From positions 10,416,001 to 10,480,000 of the forward strand of contig CM120640.1 of assembly GCA_051362555.1 (NCBI GenBank): a stretch of DNA of 64,000 nt, given 5' to 3'. Positions within the stretch are counted from its first letter, which is position 1; each line of letters begins with the position of its first letter. The translations under genes and the position numbers were made by a program. The stretch is from Lingula anatina. Its lineage: Eukaryota > Animalia > Brachiopoda. Shown one piece after another: positions 40,201 to 53,450 of the stretch. The notes beneath the pieces are model-generated. The model made no database searches. It was not told the DNA's origin and saw only the letters and a program-made list of their open reading frames with translations.

Positions 40201-43200
40201 ACTGGTTTATTATCATGAACTGAGAAAGGCTCAACAATCGCAATTCTTGGCCTGTTACAGAATTTTTTCATGAAAGAATAAGATTTGACATTATAAGACT
40301 TTGACATAATCTCAGCTACAGGTGCAGCGGCGGGACGTTGTTTCATGTTGTTTTAACATTTGTCAGTGTATACTACGACTTGCGTGTGTGTATCATTGTG
40401 GTAGTTTCAACATCATTAGGGTTTAAAATAACAGTGGACATATTTTCATAAAAAGACGGCTAATTTACCTGAATGCGTTCTTAAACCGTGTGACGCGAGC
40501 ACAACGAGCTTTAACTGTCCTGCATAAACATCGCATGTAAAGGTGACGCAAACAATTATTGTAAACATCGAACTATGAGCGGCCGCGGTGAAGGGTAATA
40601 TTTACTAATGACTTGTCTAAGTGTTTGTACAGGAGTTCATAATACCGTCAAGCTCACCTCTCAGCCTGCCCATGGTAACAGGGATGCCCTTATACTCACC
40701 ATGCATGCATCGTGGCGATATGTGGGTACCCGCAGTGGAGATTTTTTACAATACCGCTAACAATAGGCGACACGGAACAAAAACTTGACATTTTTAATTT
40801 AACACGTACTGGCCCTTCTTAACGACCCAAGACAAGAATGGATTATAAATCCAGTCAACGTGAAATATTCAATCACACCAAGGCGTGACTGGAATACGCT
40901 GATATGTGATATTGAGAAGAGCAGTTATGAAGGAAATATACGGTTAGAAGTTTGACAATGTTGTCCATGAAACAGAAAGCTTACTATATTCCTAGGAGGA
41001 AGGTTCAGCCTTTAAAGTTAAAGAGACTGAGTATAAATTATGATGTGACTAATGCGCGTGTTCGGAAATTAATACAGGTAAGCTACGTATTCCAGATTTA
41101 ATAAAATAACTAGCTGCAATAATATGGATGTGTCATAACTGAAGGATGGCGACGAAAGATTACAATCGGCAAATTAAATGTTGAGTATGGTATTAGACAC
41201 AAATTTAGACTTGATTTGAGGGACCATTAATTGCTTATTTGATATTGAAAGAGGTAAAAGCACAATTTGTTGGTAACTGAAATAGTTTACAGGCCTTTCA
41301 TTTTATTTTCATAACACAACAGCCCATAAATAGAAAGGCAAATGGGAGCCTTTTCTCACGAAAGTTTACTGTGATTCCCAGCGCTGCAATCAAAATTTGC
41401 GATTTAAAGAAAGCAAGTTTTAATGATTACTTGTAGACTTGTAACACACAAGCAAATTCAGAAATTTACTGTTATCGACGGATCAAGTAACTCCATTAAT
41501 TACATATTGAAAGAGATCGCCTCTCGCCTTGGACAATGTCCCTTTTGTCCCTGCTATCGAATCGAAAGCCCCTTGATAAACACAACGCTTGTTGGTAAGA
41601 TATCGCTTTCTACCGCGCTTGGTTATGTGTAAATATTGGACCCGATGGGCTCAGTTTATCGGTCATTTGATAATCATATTGCTAAAGTAAACACAAAATT
41701 AGGGGATAGTGTTAAACAAGTCACCTAACAACTGACACAGTGAAGAAAAAACAGGTTAAATTATTGTTGGCTCCATAAAATGGAAATATCTGGAGATAGA
41801 GATAGATGGCTGCACGATTAAATACGGTAAGATGTAAATTTTTAATTGGTTTGATACTCTCTTTATTCATTTCTTTGCATCAGCAAATGGTACTGGCAAA
41901 ATATTTGCCATACTCTTTATATTCGTTCATATTTTTCATCTATATGAGAAAATGTAGTCAACATGTAGAAAAATGAAATTGACAAGAAATGCACTAATTT
42001 CATCTGGACTGCAAACGATTAGATCTCTATATTTGTAATATATTCGTATTTATCAAAGTGAAAATAGCTTTATCCATTATTTCTTTGCTTAAAGTAAAGA
42101 TTATACTTTAAGTTAAGGAGAGTCATTCAAAAATACATTAGGTTTAGACGTTGGTGCCACTACAATTAAATTAACATACCTTGGCTCGATTTTGTCATCT
42201 GAAATGTCACAATGTACAAAGACACAGACCAATAAATCATACAAATGCAATGCTGATCTTGACATTTTATCGCATTGTTTTTCCTTTCTGCATTTTCTTT
42301 CGAAACGATTTGAAATCAACCTCTCTCGATTTTTTTACTTATTGCTGTCACGAGTAGAACACAAGAGATTAATATGAAATAATTTCCCCCGCCCCCTTTG
42401 CTATTCTTCGCAAAACATTAGGCCAGTTTTTACGTGAATATAAAGTTTGTACATGTATATATTTGGGTTATCATATGTTCCAAGTAGGGGGTCCTGTATA
42501 AACACTGGGCTGCAATTTAAGAACATAATATAAGGAAAATGAGACTGCCAAATAACTAGGGTTTGGTAATTCGAGGCGCTCTGTCAAAGTATTAGGTTGT
42601 GGTAATTTTAGTCGTTGTTCTAAGAACGTTAAGTAAGAAAAATACGTTTTACACGTTCTACAACACGTACGAACAAAATTTAAAATACGAAATACACGTA
42701 GGGCAGAGGTGCTGATTTAAAGCACTTCGTGGTAAACCAAAGGTAGATCGGAGTAAATTAGTGCGAATTGCCCCGAACATTGCATCATTTGAAACTTTTG
42801 CAACACCAGATATCCCAATATTGACGATTAAATCCACTTCTGATAAGGTCTGTCCGATAATCCCGTAAGGTCTCCACAGAATTTAAAAGCAAATAACGCA
42901 TTCTTAAGTTCATAAACTTTGCCTTTGCCAAATATGTACACACTTCGTACGCAAATATGACTAAAAGCAATACTACACCAACTAAGTGGCAAAAACTTTT
43001 ATCAAACAGTTACTGAATGTTTCTGAAATTATGTTTATTTGCACACACATTTTATTTGACATTGTTGTTAGGTAAGACAGAAAGACCCAAGGACTTATCA
43101 TATGACAGAACATGCTGCTCTTAATTGGACATACGCCAGATTACATTTTTTTGCACCTGGGGCATTTATATATATAAAGCTCATTTGAAAACATCCGTTT

Positions 43201-44564
43201 GCCAATCAAACTTTTCCTAAGATGTATTGGCCTTACTTGGGGGCATGGGTTTAGGGGAAAGCAGAGTTGCTGTTGTCGTTGCTCGATAAACCATGTTTAG
43301 AATAAGTGGTTCGGTTTAGTCCATTAGAATTCTGTTTAAGAAATATTTGTTCCATATGTCAATTTGTTATATGAAACTAAAAGTTGGTTTAGTCAATACC
43401 TTTGTCTCGTCCCCCTGTTTATCACAACCGTAGGACATTGTGGTCTATTTGTACTCATACTGTTTGCCCCTGTTACGTTACTAAACGACAGAACTACAGT
43501 AACCATGGCCTGAATATACTAATCTCAGGGACGACATTTCTCCAGAAGGCAAATAGATCGTGATATAACTAGCTTTTCTTGGTTTTAGGGAGCAGAGGAA
43601 GGTCGAAGACGTCTCCCTCCATTTGTGGCAATGTCACGCGAATCTACCCTCTTGTCTGACAGAAGGCTGCCGTCTGTGCATTTCAACCGAGATAACGCCC
43701 ATGCTTACCAGGGACCTTCTGAGGAGGCGAGTTATGATTTATAGTATAATTAACCTGTTGATGAAATCCCTAATTGGATTTTTGAAATTAGGTTAAAATT
43801 GAGAATTTGGTTCATAGTGTTCCTATTTTAATGGACTCTTTCTCGAGTGCGATATGTGTTAGTTGCTGCAAAAGTAATTTATTTGAACAAAGGGAAAATA
43901 CCACCTAATTTTCAATCATTGTAATGGCATAGTTGCGTGAAAAGTACGCTTTTTTATCTCAGGCGAATATAGCTTATTCTGGTGTTTTCTTTTTTTCAGT
44001 TGGAAACAAGCCATTGGCACGTGAACCATCGTCCGATCAAAAAACAGACTGATGTAAAAATAGTGAATCACCTCAGGGTAAGAGAAGCAATAACGGTTTA
44101 GCAATAAAGGTTCTGAATATAAAGATAACTTGTACAGTGCATATAAAAGAAACCTGATTTGTATGCCGAAAAATGTAAATGGACATATCTAATTTTAGAA
44201 GCGATTTAGAGAGAGGAGTGATGACTATTAAGACAAAAGGGCAAAGGAGTAGTTAACGTATTGATATCAGCATCTCTATTCAATAATCATACAACTGCCA
44301 ACTCTATCTTGATAAAGATATGAAAACAAAACGATATTTTGTTTTATTTATTTTTGATCAGTTTGTTTATCAGTAATGTTGCGTTTTATAGAAAAGCTTA
44401 AATCGGCGCATAGAGAGAAGGTACAATAAGATTTATGAAGATGAACAGAGGGAAAACCTCCGCAAACAGGCAGAAGAGAGAAGGAGATTGCAACAGCAGA
44501 AAAAGAAGAAAACGGTGAGTTATCTTTGAAGCAGCACCATAATCTAGATATGTTAATGGTGGAA

Positions 44565-44604
<40 letters not shown>

Positions 44605-47600
44605 AGCCCTCGAGTGACCTTCGTGAAAGATATAAATTGACTGAATTATGAATTAAAACTTATGTTAGTTAAAAAAAAAAAACAAAAAAAAAAAAAAACG
44701 TAGGAACGTGTGATCTGTCACGAACGTGCAAAACGTATAAATACCGAACGTTTAAAAACAAGGAATGCAAAGGAGAAAGATAATTATCAAAATCGCAAGA
44801 AAATTCGTTTCAATTGAAATTTACTAACTTACCTATGTAAATTCATCAGAAATTACTAGTGATTCATCCACTTTAACTCAACAAATAGATATGGAATACC
44901 GTGAAATTGGCTACACATATGTAAATGCTAATGATATTTCATTTTAGGAACAATCTGAACATATAGACATTTTTCAAAAATACTCTGAATTCGGTGAAAA
45001 AATCAATGGATCCGCAGATCACAAACGGTCCCATTCTTCTAACAGTAGACTAGGACGGCCGTCCAGTTTTTCACCCAAACAGGTGCCTGCCAGCAAAACA
45101 AGTGCTGGGAGGAGTAGATCCATGTCTCCTCGCAAACAACCATCATCAAACACAACGGTACAAATGGCGCCTGCAGCAGTGCCAGACGACAGCAAATCGC
45201 AAGTTAAACTTGAACATTTGGATGGAGTGAGGACATCTAGTGGAAAGAAAGCTGCAGAAACGTCAGAAATATTAGATATAATTGATAAACAAACTTCACC
45301 TGAGGACGTACCAACAGGGGGGATGTTGCAGAAAACGCCTCTTCCGGGGATAGGGGACTCCACCAGCAACAGCCAGGGTGGTGAAGGTGCGGTGACAGCC
45401 GACGACCAAAACAATTTACAAAGTACCCCTCAGAACAACGATGATAAATCTGAGCTGATAAACGATTCAAATAAAGAAAAGGAAAATACCCTCAGTATTG
45501 GTCCAGAGCGGGAACACAGTGTTTTTACATTGACTCGAACAAAAAACAACTCCCCAACTGAGTTAGAGGACCAAAATGCTGATAGTTCTAACTTCAGAAA
45601 GCTTGTTGTTAGCCCAGTGCCAACCCCGTCCATTTTAAGACCAATGACTAGGGAGAAGATCAGGGTGGACATGGAGGACCGCATTGACAGGATTCTCCAG
45701 GGACGACTAGATGTATTGGTGCCTCCAGACCACAGGATTATCAAAATATACATTAGTTCAGAGTTCACAGGTAGGGGTCATGTATTACTCGAAATACAAT
45801 GAAATAACCTTTTTGATAACAATATTCATAATAAAATTCATAGAATGAAGTAAGGTATTCGGATAGTTCAACCAGAGTTCCGTCCTTAATTCATTTCGAT
45901 AAAATGAAGTCATTGGACAATTGTCTCGGAGAAAGAGACCGTGTTTTATTTTCAGTTTTATTAATTTGATTTTTCTCTAAGATGTTGTGAATAATGTCAC
46001 TCGATTAAGACGGATTACAATAATTCTTCGTGTTATTATTATGCAACAATATTTAAACAGCAAATCAAATTATAACAATTTGCTGTTTCCTATTTAGACA
46101 CAGAGGCTGAGCGATCAGCACTAATAGAGAAGGTTTACCCAAAGCTAAGGCAATACAGCAGAGAGCACGGTGTAGAACTTCGTGTATTCGACCTGCATTG
46201 GGGACTCCGAGACACCGTCATAGACGACCATTCTCTACCGGAGATATTTCTCAAAACATTGGAATCTTGTCAAGAGCAGAACCATGGAATCACATTTGTG
46301 GTAAGGCGAATGATTAATTTGTAAATACACATTTTAAATTAAATAAATATTCATATTCATTGGGGCCTATAGGCTTATCTATTGCAAATATTTTTCAGAT
46401 ATCTTTGCGTTTTAACATATTCAAAATAGATTATTTAGACAAAGATGGTCATACGCCACCTGGTGGACAGTGCTGCCTTTGTATGCCCCCAAAACAGCAG
46501 TAAGCCAAGCTATTTCGACTGACATCTTTTTCTCCTTTTCAGTCATTTCTGTGCCAGAAATATGGACTTCCTATTCTACCATTGGTCATACCAGCCGACG
46601 AATTTAACGCTATTTTAGAAGCTGCAGAGCGGGATAAACAAATGAGAGATGCCATAGCACAAGCGAAACAGAGGGCTCTTAAAGAGGCAAGAGAAGCGGC
46701 TGAGAGAATTCAAGAAGAAGAAGAAAACGAAGAAGAGGTCGAGGGTAATGATGACGAAAGAACTTCTCCACAAAACCTCACTACAGAAAAAAAATCTATC
46801 AATCAAAAGAAACGCGAGGCAGATTCTGGGGTATCTGTAGCGAGTGACAAAACAACGGACAATGAACAGTCTTCATCCAACAAGATAAAAATTACCAAAG
46901 GTGCTGATGAAAATGCTGCTAAACCAAATAATCCAAATGAAAGTAAACAGAGTCCAAGGAAAGGGAAGCCGTCCAATTCAGTCCAAAAGCAACACAATAA
47001 TGGAAAAGTCAGCCAGTCCTCGAAGGAAGGTAAACTTGACTCTATGGAACAGGAACCCCCAGCAAGGGCAATGCAAAGGAGAGACACCATCTTAATTCAC
47101 AATGCTCTCAGAGAAGCGGAATCAGACCCAAATCTGGATCCAAGTCTGCTGAAAAACTGGTATAAATACGATACTAACTCTAGTCCACCCATGTACGTGC
47201 TGCAGTCTATCAGGTAAGTGGCTATCGTCGTTTCAGATCTAGATTTGCTGTTGTCTTAAATAACTCTAAATCCCCATATTACAGAAATTTATTACATTTT
47301 ACATAGAAGTTATTTTCTGAAGTGGAAACCAAAATGAAATATTATGTTATTCGCAGTTCTGACTGTTGTCGTCAGTTTCTATTTTCAAATGCTCATTCAA
47401 TACAAGGAAACACACTTTGCATAAAATAGCGCCGTTTAAGTGAAATTCAAGCTTTGGTTTGGTATCAATAATAAGACAACATTTACTTAATATCAATATA
47501 AAAGCTGTCTGTATGACGCATTTCCCCCTTAATTTCACAGTTCCCATGATGAAGATATTAACAAAACGGATGCGTTCAAGCGAAAGCAGGCCAAGGCTAA

Positions 47601-50600
47601 GTGGCTGACTACGTGCAGACGCATTCAAATAATGCTTCAGAAGTATTCATCGGACATTTTCGGCGATGAAAGCTCTTCTCGCAGGTTCTTCATGTCCAGT
47701 AAGTTTAATTTCTTTTCATGTTCTTATTTATATTTCTTCATCAATGCAGCAGACCTGGTTGAAGGATACAAGTAACGATATGTACATACATATAGTTGCG
47801 GGCTGGAGTCTTCAAAGGCATAGCCATATACATCACAGAACTTCCAAGTCAACAGACAATGTAGAATTATAGTTTTTTTATTTATAAATGTAAACTATTT
47901 CCTTTTACTTCAGTCCAAGATCTGGAACTTGACCAAGCTCTTCTTGGTACTGAAGAACCGGAGCGCCAATGTGTTTGGTTCCACAGAACGCTAAATGGCC
48001 TAGAGCACAATCTTGAGGATGACAATGCTAAGAAATATATAGATCTCCACCCGTTCAAGGCAGAAATAGATTCTTCATTGCAAGAGAAATTAAAGAACAT
48101 TGTCCACAATCGTCTCAAGGCAGAGGTAAGTTAAAAGTGACATGTGAACATCACAGTTTCTGAATCGTTTCCTACGTCCTTAGAGTAATATAGGAACCAT
48201 GGCTATCCATTTTAATTGGATTTCTGTGATTTCTGTACTTATTCGTGAGAATTATAGTGTCATCTGTAAAACCTTTCTAAAATATCGATAGAACATGTAT
48301 ATTTCATTAAATAAAGTTTCGTTCCTTTTAGTTGCCACAATCAAGCATACACAAGTACAAGATACAGTGGACTCGTAACGGGGTTGATCCGAATATACGC
48401 AGCCACGCCGTGTATATTGACAAAATGTGTCAGGACTTCGAGAAAACGATAAAACAAGGACTGGAGGATTACTTTGAGGACTGCCAATACTGGCACGAAT
48501 CGCAACGGCGAATTTTGTACGATGAAGTCTCTGAGCATGTCAAGTTCTGTCAAGCTAGGTAGGATTTATTTATCAAAATATTATTGAAGAAGAGTGGTTC
48601 ATCACAAAGTTAAATTAATATATGTATCAAAACCGCGCCTCAAAAGTGTGTGTCACTGAAAAAAAAAAAACAATTGTGTTCAAAATATGTTTTTATTGAA
48701 TAATAACAATAACACGCATTTATACTGCGTAATAATGTATCAACGGTATTTATAAGTCCTATTGTGTTTTTAAAAAAATTAAAAAAGCTTATATTCATTA
48801 TCTTCAGGGCGCATAATTTCCATGGCAGAAAAGACCACTTGTCTATGATCAAAAGTTACATCCGTTCAACATCGTCAGTGCCTTTGCTCATCTACGGCAG
48901 TGCCGGGTGCGGGAAGACTTCTCTTATAGCCAAGGCCGCAAGGGAGTGTCACAAGTGGTTTCACGAGTAGGTTCCTAGTTCAGATGTAACGTTAACTGTA
49001 TGCTTGCATATGGTGCATTAAGAATAAACATGCTAAAATTCGAGTTACTTTGAAAATGTACCGCGAACATGATTGAGTCCTCATAAATATGTTAACTAAG
49101 TAAAGCATAGGTCAAACTATTGAATAGCTCAAATTTCATGCCTGTTGATTTGATAGTTTTGTGTCTGTGTAATATTCTTCTTCATTCTTATCGCTGTTTT
49201 AGGTCTGTTGGAGAAGAAGTCGCAGTGGTTGCCAGGTTTATCGGTGTTACAGGTCTTTCCAGGAGCATCCGTCTTCTGTTACAAGGCATCTGTCGCCAGT
49301 TGTGTGAGATTTATCACAATGACCCCGATGAGGTGCCAGAGGTGAGAATGAAGCGAACTGTTAAAATTTGTAAAACGTTTCTTTCAAGTCCACATCCATA
49401 TTAGTACATGTACAACAGTTACTTCGTAATTCGTGCGTGCGTGCGTGTGTGTGTGTGTGTTCTTCAGACATATATGTAAACATAAATATTCGTTTATTTT
49501 CCTTTTAGGACTATAAAGGTACAGTCAATGACTTTGGCCATCGACTGTCATACGCCACAGAAAACAAACCCCTGGTGATATTCATTGATTGTCTTGACCA
49601 GCTTACTGGTAAGAAACTGGTGCTTGACTGTGAATTTAGCTGCTGTAAAGCTGTGCAACTCGACATTCATAATTTTCCGACTACTTTTATAGGTTGCTAC
49701 TTTTAACCTCAAGCTGAGAGCTCTTTTTGTGGTGTAATGATCATTAAGAAAATCACCATTAAGGCCTACTCATTATATATTGTGCAAGGCCCTTTTTGTT
49801 GGTTTGATTATACATACTGCTGACGTTTACATCTTTCATATTTTTTCATTGCAGACGAAAACTCTGCTCGAAAACTAGCATGGCTTCCAAAAGAGCTTCC
49901 ACCAAATGTTCACATGGTTGTCTCCACTCTCCCAAACGAAAGTTATGGCTGCAAGAATGCATTTACAAACAATTATCCTAACAGCAAGGATAATATCATA
50001 GAGATAACCGAGCTTCCAGTTACTGATGCTGAAGTCATTTTAAAGCATTGGTTAAACCAGTCCAACAGAACTCTCACACAGGAACAACTGGACTTACTCC
50101 TAGACAGCTACTGCGCCTGCCCAGTTCCACTGTATCTTTACGTCGCTTTCAAGGAGGCCTTACGGTGGCAGTCGTACACCCCCATTGCCAACTGCAAGCT
50201 GGGAAAACAAGTCAAAAATCTTGCTGTCATTTTGTTTGGAAGGCTGGAAAAAGAGCACGGTGAGCCGCTGGTACGACGCGCACTGGGATATATCACAGCG
50301 GCAAAGAATGGCGTCACCCATTGTGAGATGGAAGATTTGCTTTCCCTCGACGAAGCCGTTATGGATGATGTGACAGCCCACTATTCACTTCAGCTGCGAA
50401 GGTTCCCGCCCATTCTGTGGGCACGCCTTCGAAATAGCCTCGGTAGTTACCTTAGCGAGTCAAGTGCAGATGGCAGCCGGACTCTAGTTTGGTTTAACGT
50501 GCAGTTTCGTGAGGCAGCGACAGAACGTTACTTAAATGCACGAGATAAAGCTCCCTCTTATCACAAAGCCTTGGCTGAGTATTTCTCCGGAAAGTGGGCT

Positions 50601-53450
50601 TCCGTGCCTAAACCACATGGGTCAAACAAAATTGGTGCTTTAAGATGGGTAGCAGATCAACCTCTAAAGTTCCAACGTGTCCAAAGCGAAAGTTCAGAGC
50701 CACCTTTGTATAACACCAGGAAACTGAACGAGCTACCACACCACTTCCTTCAGTCACAGCAGTTTGACACCCTGAAGTCCGAGTGCCTGTGTAATTTTGA
50801 ATGGGTATCGGCCAAGTTGTTGGCGACATCATTTCGAGCAGTACTTGATGACTTTCATTCCGCCCTTGAAGTAGAGCCAAAAGATAAAGACATTAAGTTG
50901 CTCACTGATACTTTCCAGCTTTCGGGGAAAGTTTTGTCCGCAAATCCTATTCAGCTGGCCTCACAGATGGTCGGTCGCCTTCACAATCTCATAGCCGCGG
51001 ACGTGCCTATGGCTCCACAAGACCCCGTCAAATACCCTTACATTCGAGGGTTTTTACGAGACGCTCGTAACTCCTCTGTCCCAAGTCTCATACCATCGGC
51101 CACGTGCCTGACTCCCCCTGGCGGAATGCTGTTTGATATTCTCTCCGGGCATACTGAACCGATCACAGCCGTTACGACCACTACTGACGGTATGAGGGCA
51201 GTGACTACGTCCAAAGACAACACCATGAAGTTGTGGGATCTTCGCACAGGGCGAGTGACAAAAACTATCGATGGCGTCGGAAAGGAAACGGTCTACATTA
51301 GACTTGGCAATTCAAACCGATTGGCCATCTCGTCTGAGCTCCGGTGCATTCGCATCTATGATCTGAATACAAGTTTGTGTCAGACTACAATAAATGGACA
51401 CGAAGACATTGCCATAATTGCAACAGTAGGAAATGGGGTACTACTAGTGGCCTTCTTTGACGGTGCTAACAAAATGCGATCTTGGGACCTCCAGAACAAC
51501 TTTCAGTTGATTCAAGATGTGGCAATAGAGGGGACTGCGCTTCACAAAGACCGATCAGTGGTCGTTGCCAGCAATCCATTCTCTGACAAGGTACTGTATG
51601 CCCACCGTGGCAGACGATCAGCCAAGGTTGTGAACGCTCGGACGGGCGCGCACGTGCATACACTGAAGTGTCAGGCCAGTGACTCGGCGTCCATTCAAGC
51701 GGTTGCCGTCACAGGGGAGTACTATGTGGTAGCCACACGCAACCAGTATATGAAATTACACGAAATCCATTACATGGAACTGTTTGACACAAACAACGGC
51801 AAATACATCAGGGCAGTGCGCGGCTGCACGCTTGATTTCGTTGAGGAATTGTATGTTAATCAGATGGGGTCCCATACATTCTCTATATGCAGATCTGAAG
51901 CCAATAACACTTCTAACATCGCAGTGTGGAATTTGGAAACTGAAGACCATAAACATCTGGCACATCACGCTGGGGCTTCTACGATAGGCGCATGCTGTGA
52001 CTTTCGATTCTGCTTGACTTCTGCGGCAAACGACAACGCCATGCGAATTTGGAACCTTAGTCTGACCATAAACAAACAAGCCCCGAAACTTAAAAGAATT
52101 GATGGAATAGGGGAGCTAGTTCCAATGCAAGATCATCCACGTTACGTTGTCGCCAAAGCGCTGAATAACGGTCCAGTCACAGTATGGAACGTGGCCAAAG
52201 GGAAGAGCAAAGGAACGGCCGTGAGAATCGAGCGCGGACTGTCAGAAAGTAGCGACATCATGCTTCTCCGCAATACACGAGTTTGTATTCTCACTGATCT
52301 AGTTGTATCTGCTGAAACGGGCAGCGAAGTCTACCGGACAGTTCTCATATACGATCTTAGAACAAAGAAATATGTGAACAAAGTGCATTCCTTTATGCCG
52401 CCTTTCCCTGCCCATGAATATTTACTCATGAACGACAACCTTTTGCTTAGTCCGTCGGACAACCGGTCCCACTTCGTCGTGTGGAGTTTAGAGCATGGAA
52501 AACCAGAGTTTAGAATAAAGCCAAATTTCAAGGACAGAACAAAACTGGACATGAGTTTCTCAAAGCAAGAGTTTGTATCAAAACGAAAGCGAAACACAAC
52601 TGCAAAAATGACACCTTGGGAACGGCGTTCAGAGAGCCCTACCTCCAGACGCAAACGTAGAGAAAAAGAGGTTGAAGAAGAACGACGACAGCATGAGGGA
52701 CTTTTACGCGAGAAGGAAAATAGCATTGAGCAATTCGTTATCAGTGGCAACCAAAAGATAATTGTCGCGTCTTTCTACGCCCACCATCTTTGTGTGTTTG
52801 ACATCGAGCAGAGAGCGCATATTCAAACACTGGAGAACGAAAACTCAATGCTGCTTTTGCACACCGCGGCCATTTCTTACGATGGAAGTCATCTTGTCCA
52901 TGCCAATTATGACGAAGAAAAGAAAACCAGCTACGTAACACTGTGGGACTGTATGTCTGGTCACGTACGAAAAAGATTGAAGAATGAGAGAAACGTGTGC
53001 GCCATAGCCATATCTGACGCAGCAGATCGTGTGGTATTCGCGAAAACAACAGGTGAACTCCGAATCTGGGATCCATTGGAACACAACATACGCAGAGTTA
53101 AAGGGTACCCTGGGCTACAATTTACAGTGAACACGAAGATCCTTCTGTTGGAAAGAGGCGCGAGAGCCGTTGTGCACGCACGAGATATTTCTGTGTGGGA
53201 CCTCAACAAAGGGAGCATGTTGGCGGTTTTCACTCCAGATAAAGCAATCACTTGCGTCAACGTAGCAATGGACGATAAACTGATTGTCTTCGGTGTCCGT
53301 GATTCCACAGACGTCGTGATACTGAAACTGATGTCGAAGGACATTCAGGAAGTTGAGCACACAGGAGAGAACATATTTGACGAGGGATCTAGCAGTAGTT
53401 CAGAAGATGACGAGGATGATGATGAGGAAAATGCTAGTCGTAAAAGTTGA
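37267..53450 (+). CDS. NACHT- and WD-repeat-containing protein (NWD1/NWD2-like; DUF4062-NACHT-WD40), ~2,240 aa with the distal first exon
   Basis: Candidate first exon 37267-37353 (alternative 41806-41826), then 43589-43726, 44000-44077, 44392-44514, 44948-45770, 46098-46300, 46543-47213, 47541-47698, 47914-48125, 48332-48558, 48808-48966, 49203-49341, 49509-49608, 49855-53450; all phases are consistent. DUF4062-like IKIYISSEFTDTEAERSALIEKVYPKLR..FDLHWG, Walker A GSAGCGKTS, Walker B LVIFIDCLDQL, YNTRKLNELPHH, and WD40 repeats (GHTEPITAV..KLWD). The 5' exons are less certain than the core. Confidence 0.88.
38535..38835. mobile_element. Possible degenerate Kolobok-type MITE relic
   Basis: TTAA+GGGACAT at the left and ATGTGCC+TTTTT at the right (imperfect inverted ends, right TSD not intact). 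Confidence 0.3.
44567..44602. repeat. (TG)n microsatellite
   Basis: About 18 TG units in an intron of the NWD gene. Confidence 0.9.

Noticed and set aside
34121-43000. Short ORFs of 60-118 aa in the ASXL-NWD interval as independent genes
   Set aside because: No recognisable domains or coherent splice chains; consistent with chance ORFs, UTR/intron sequence and decayed repeats.
49855-53450. The intronless, CpG-rich 1178-aa ORF as a horizontally acquired or bacterial gene
   Set aside because: It splices in phase to upstream NACHT exons with canonical introns and carries metazoan NWD-family motifs.
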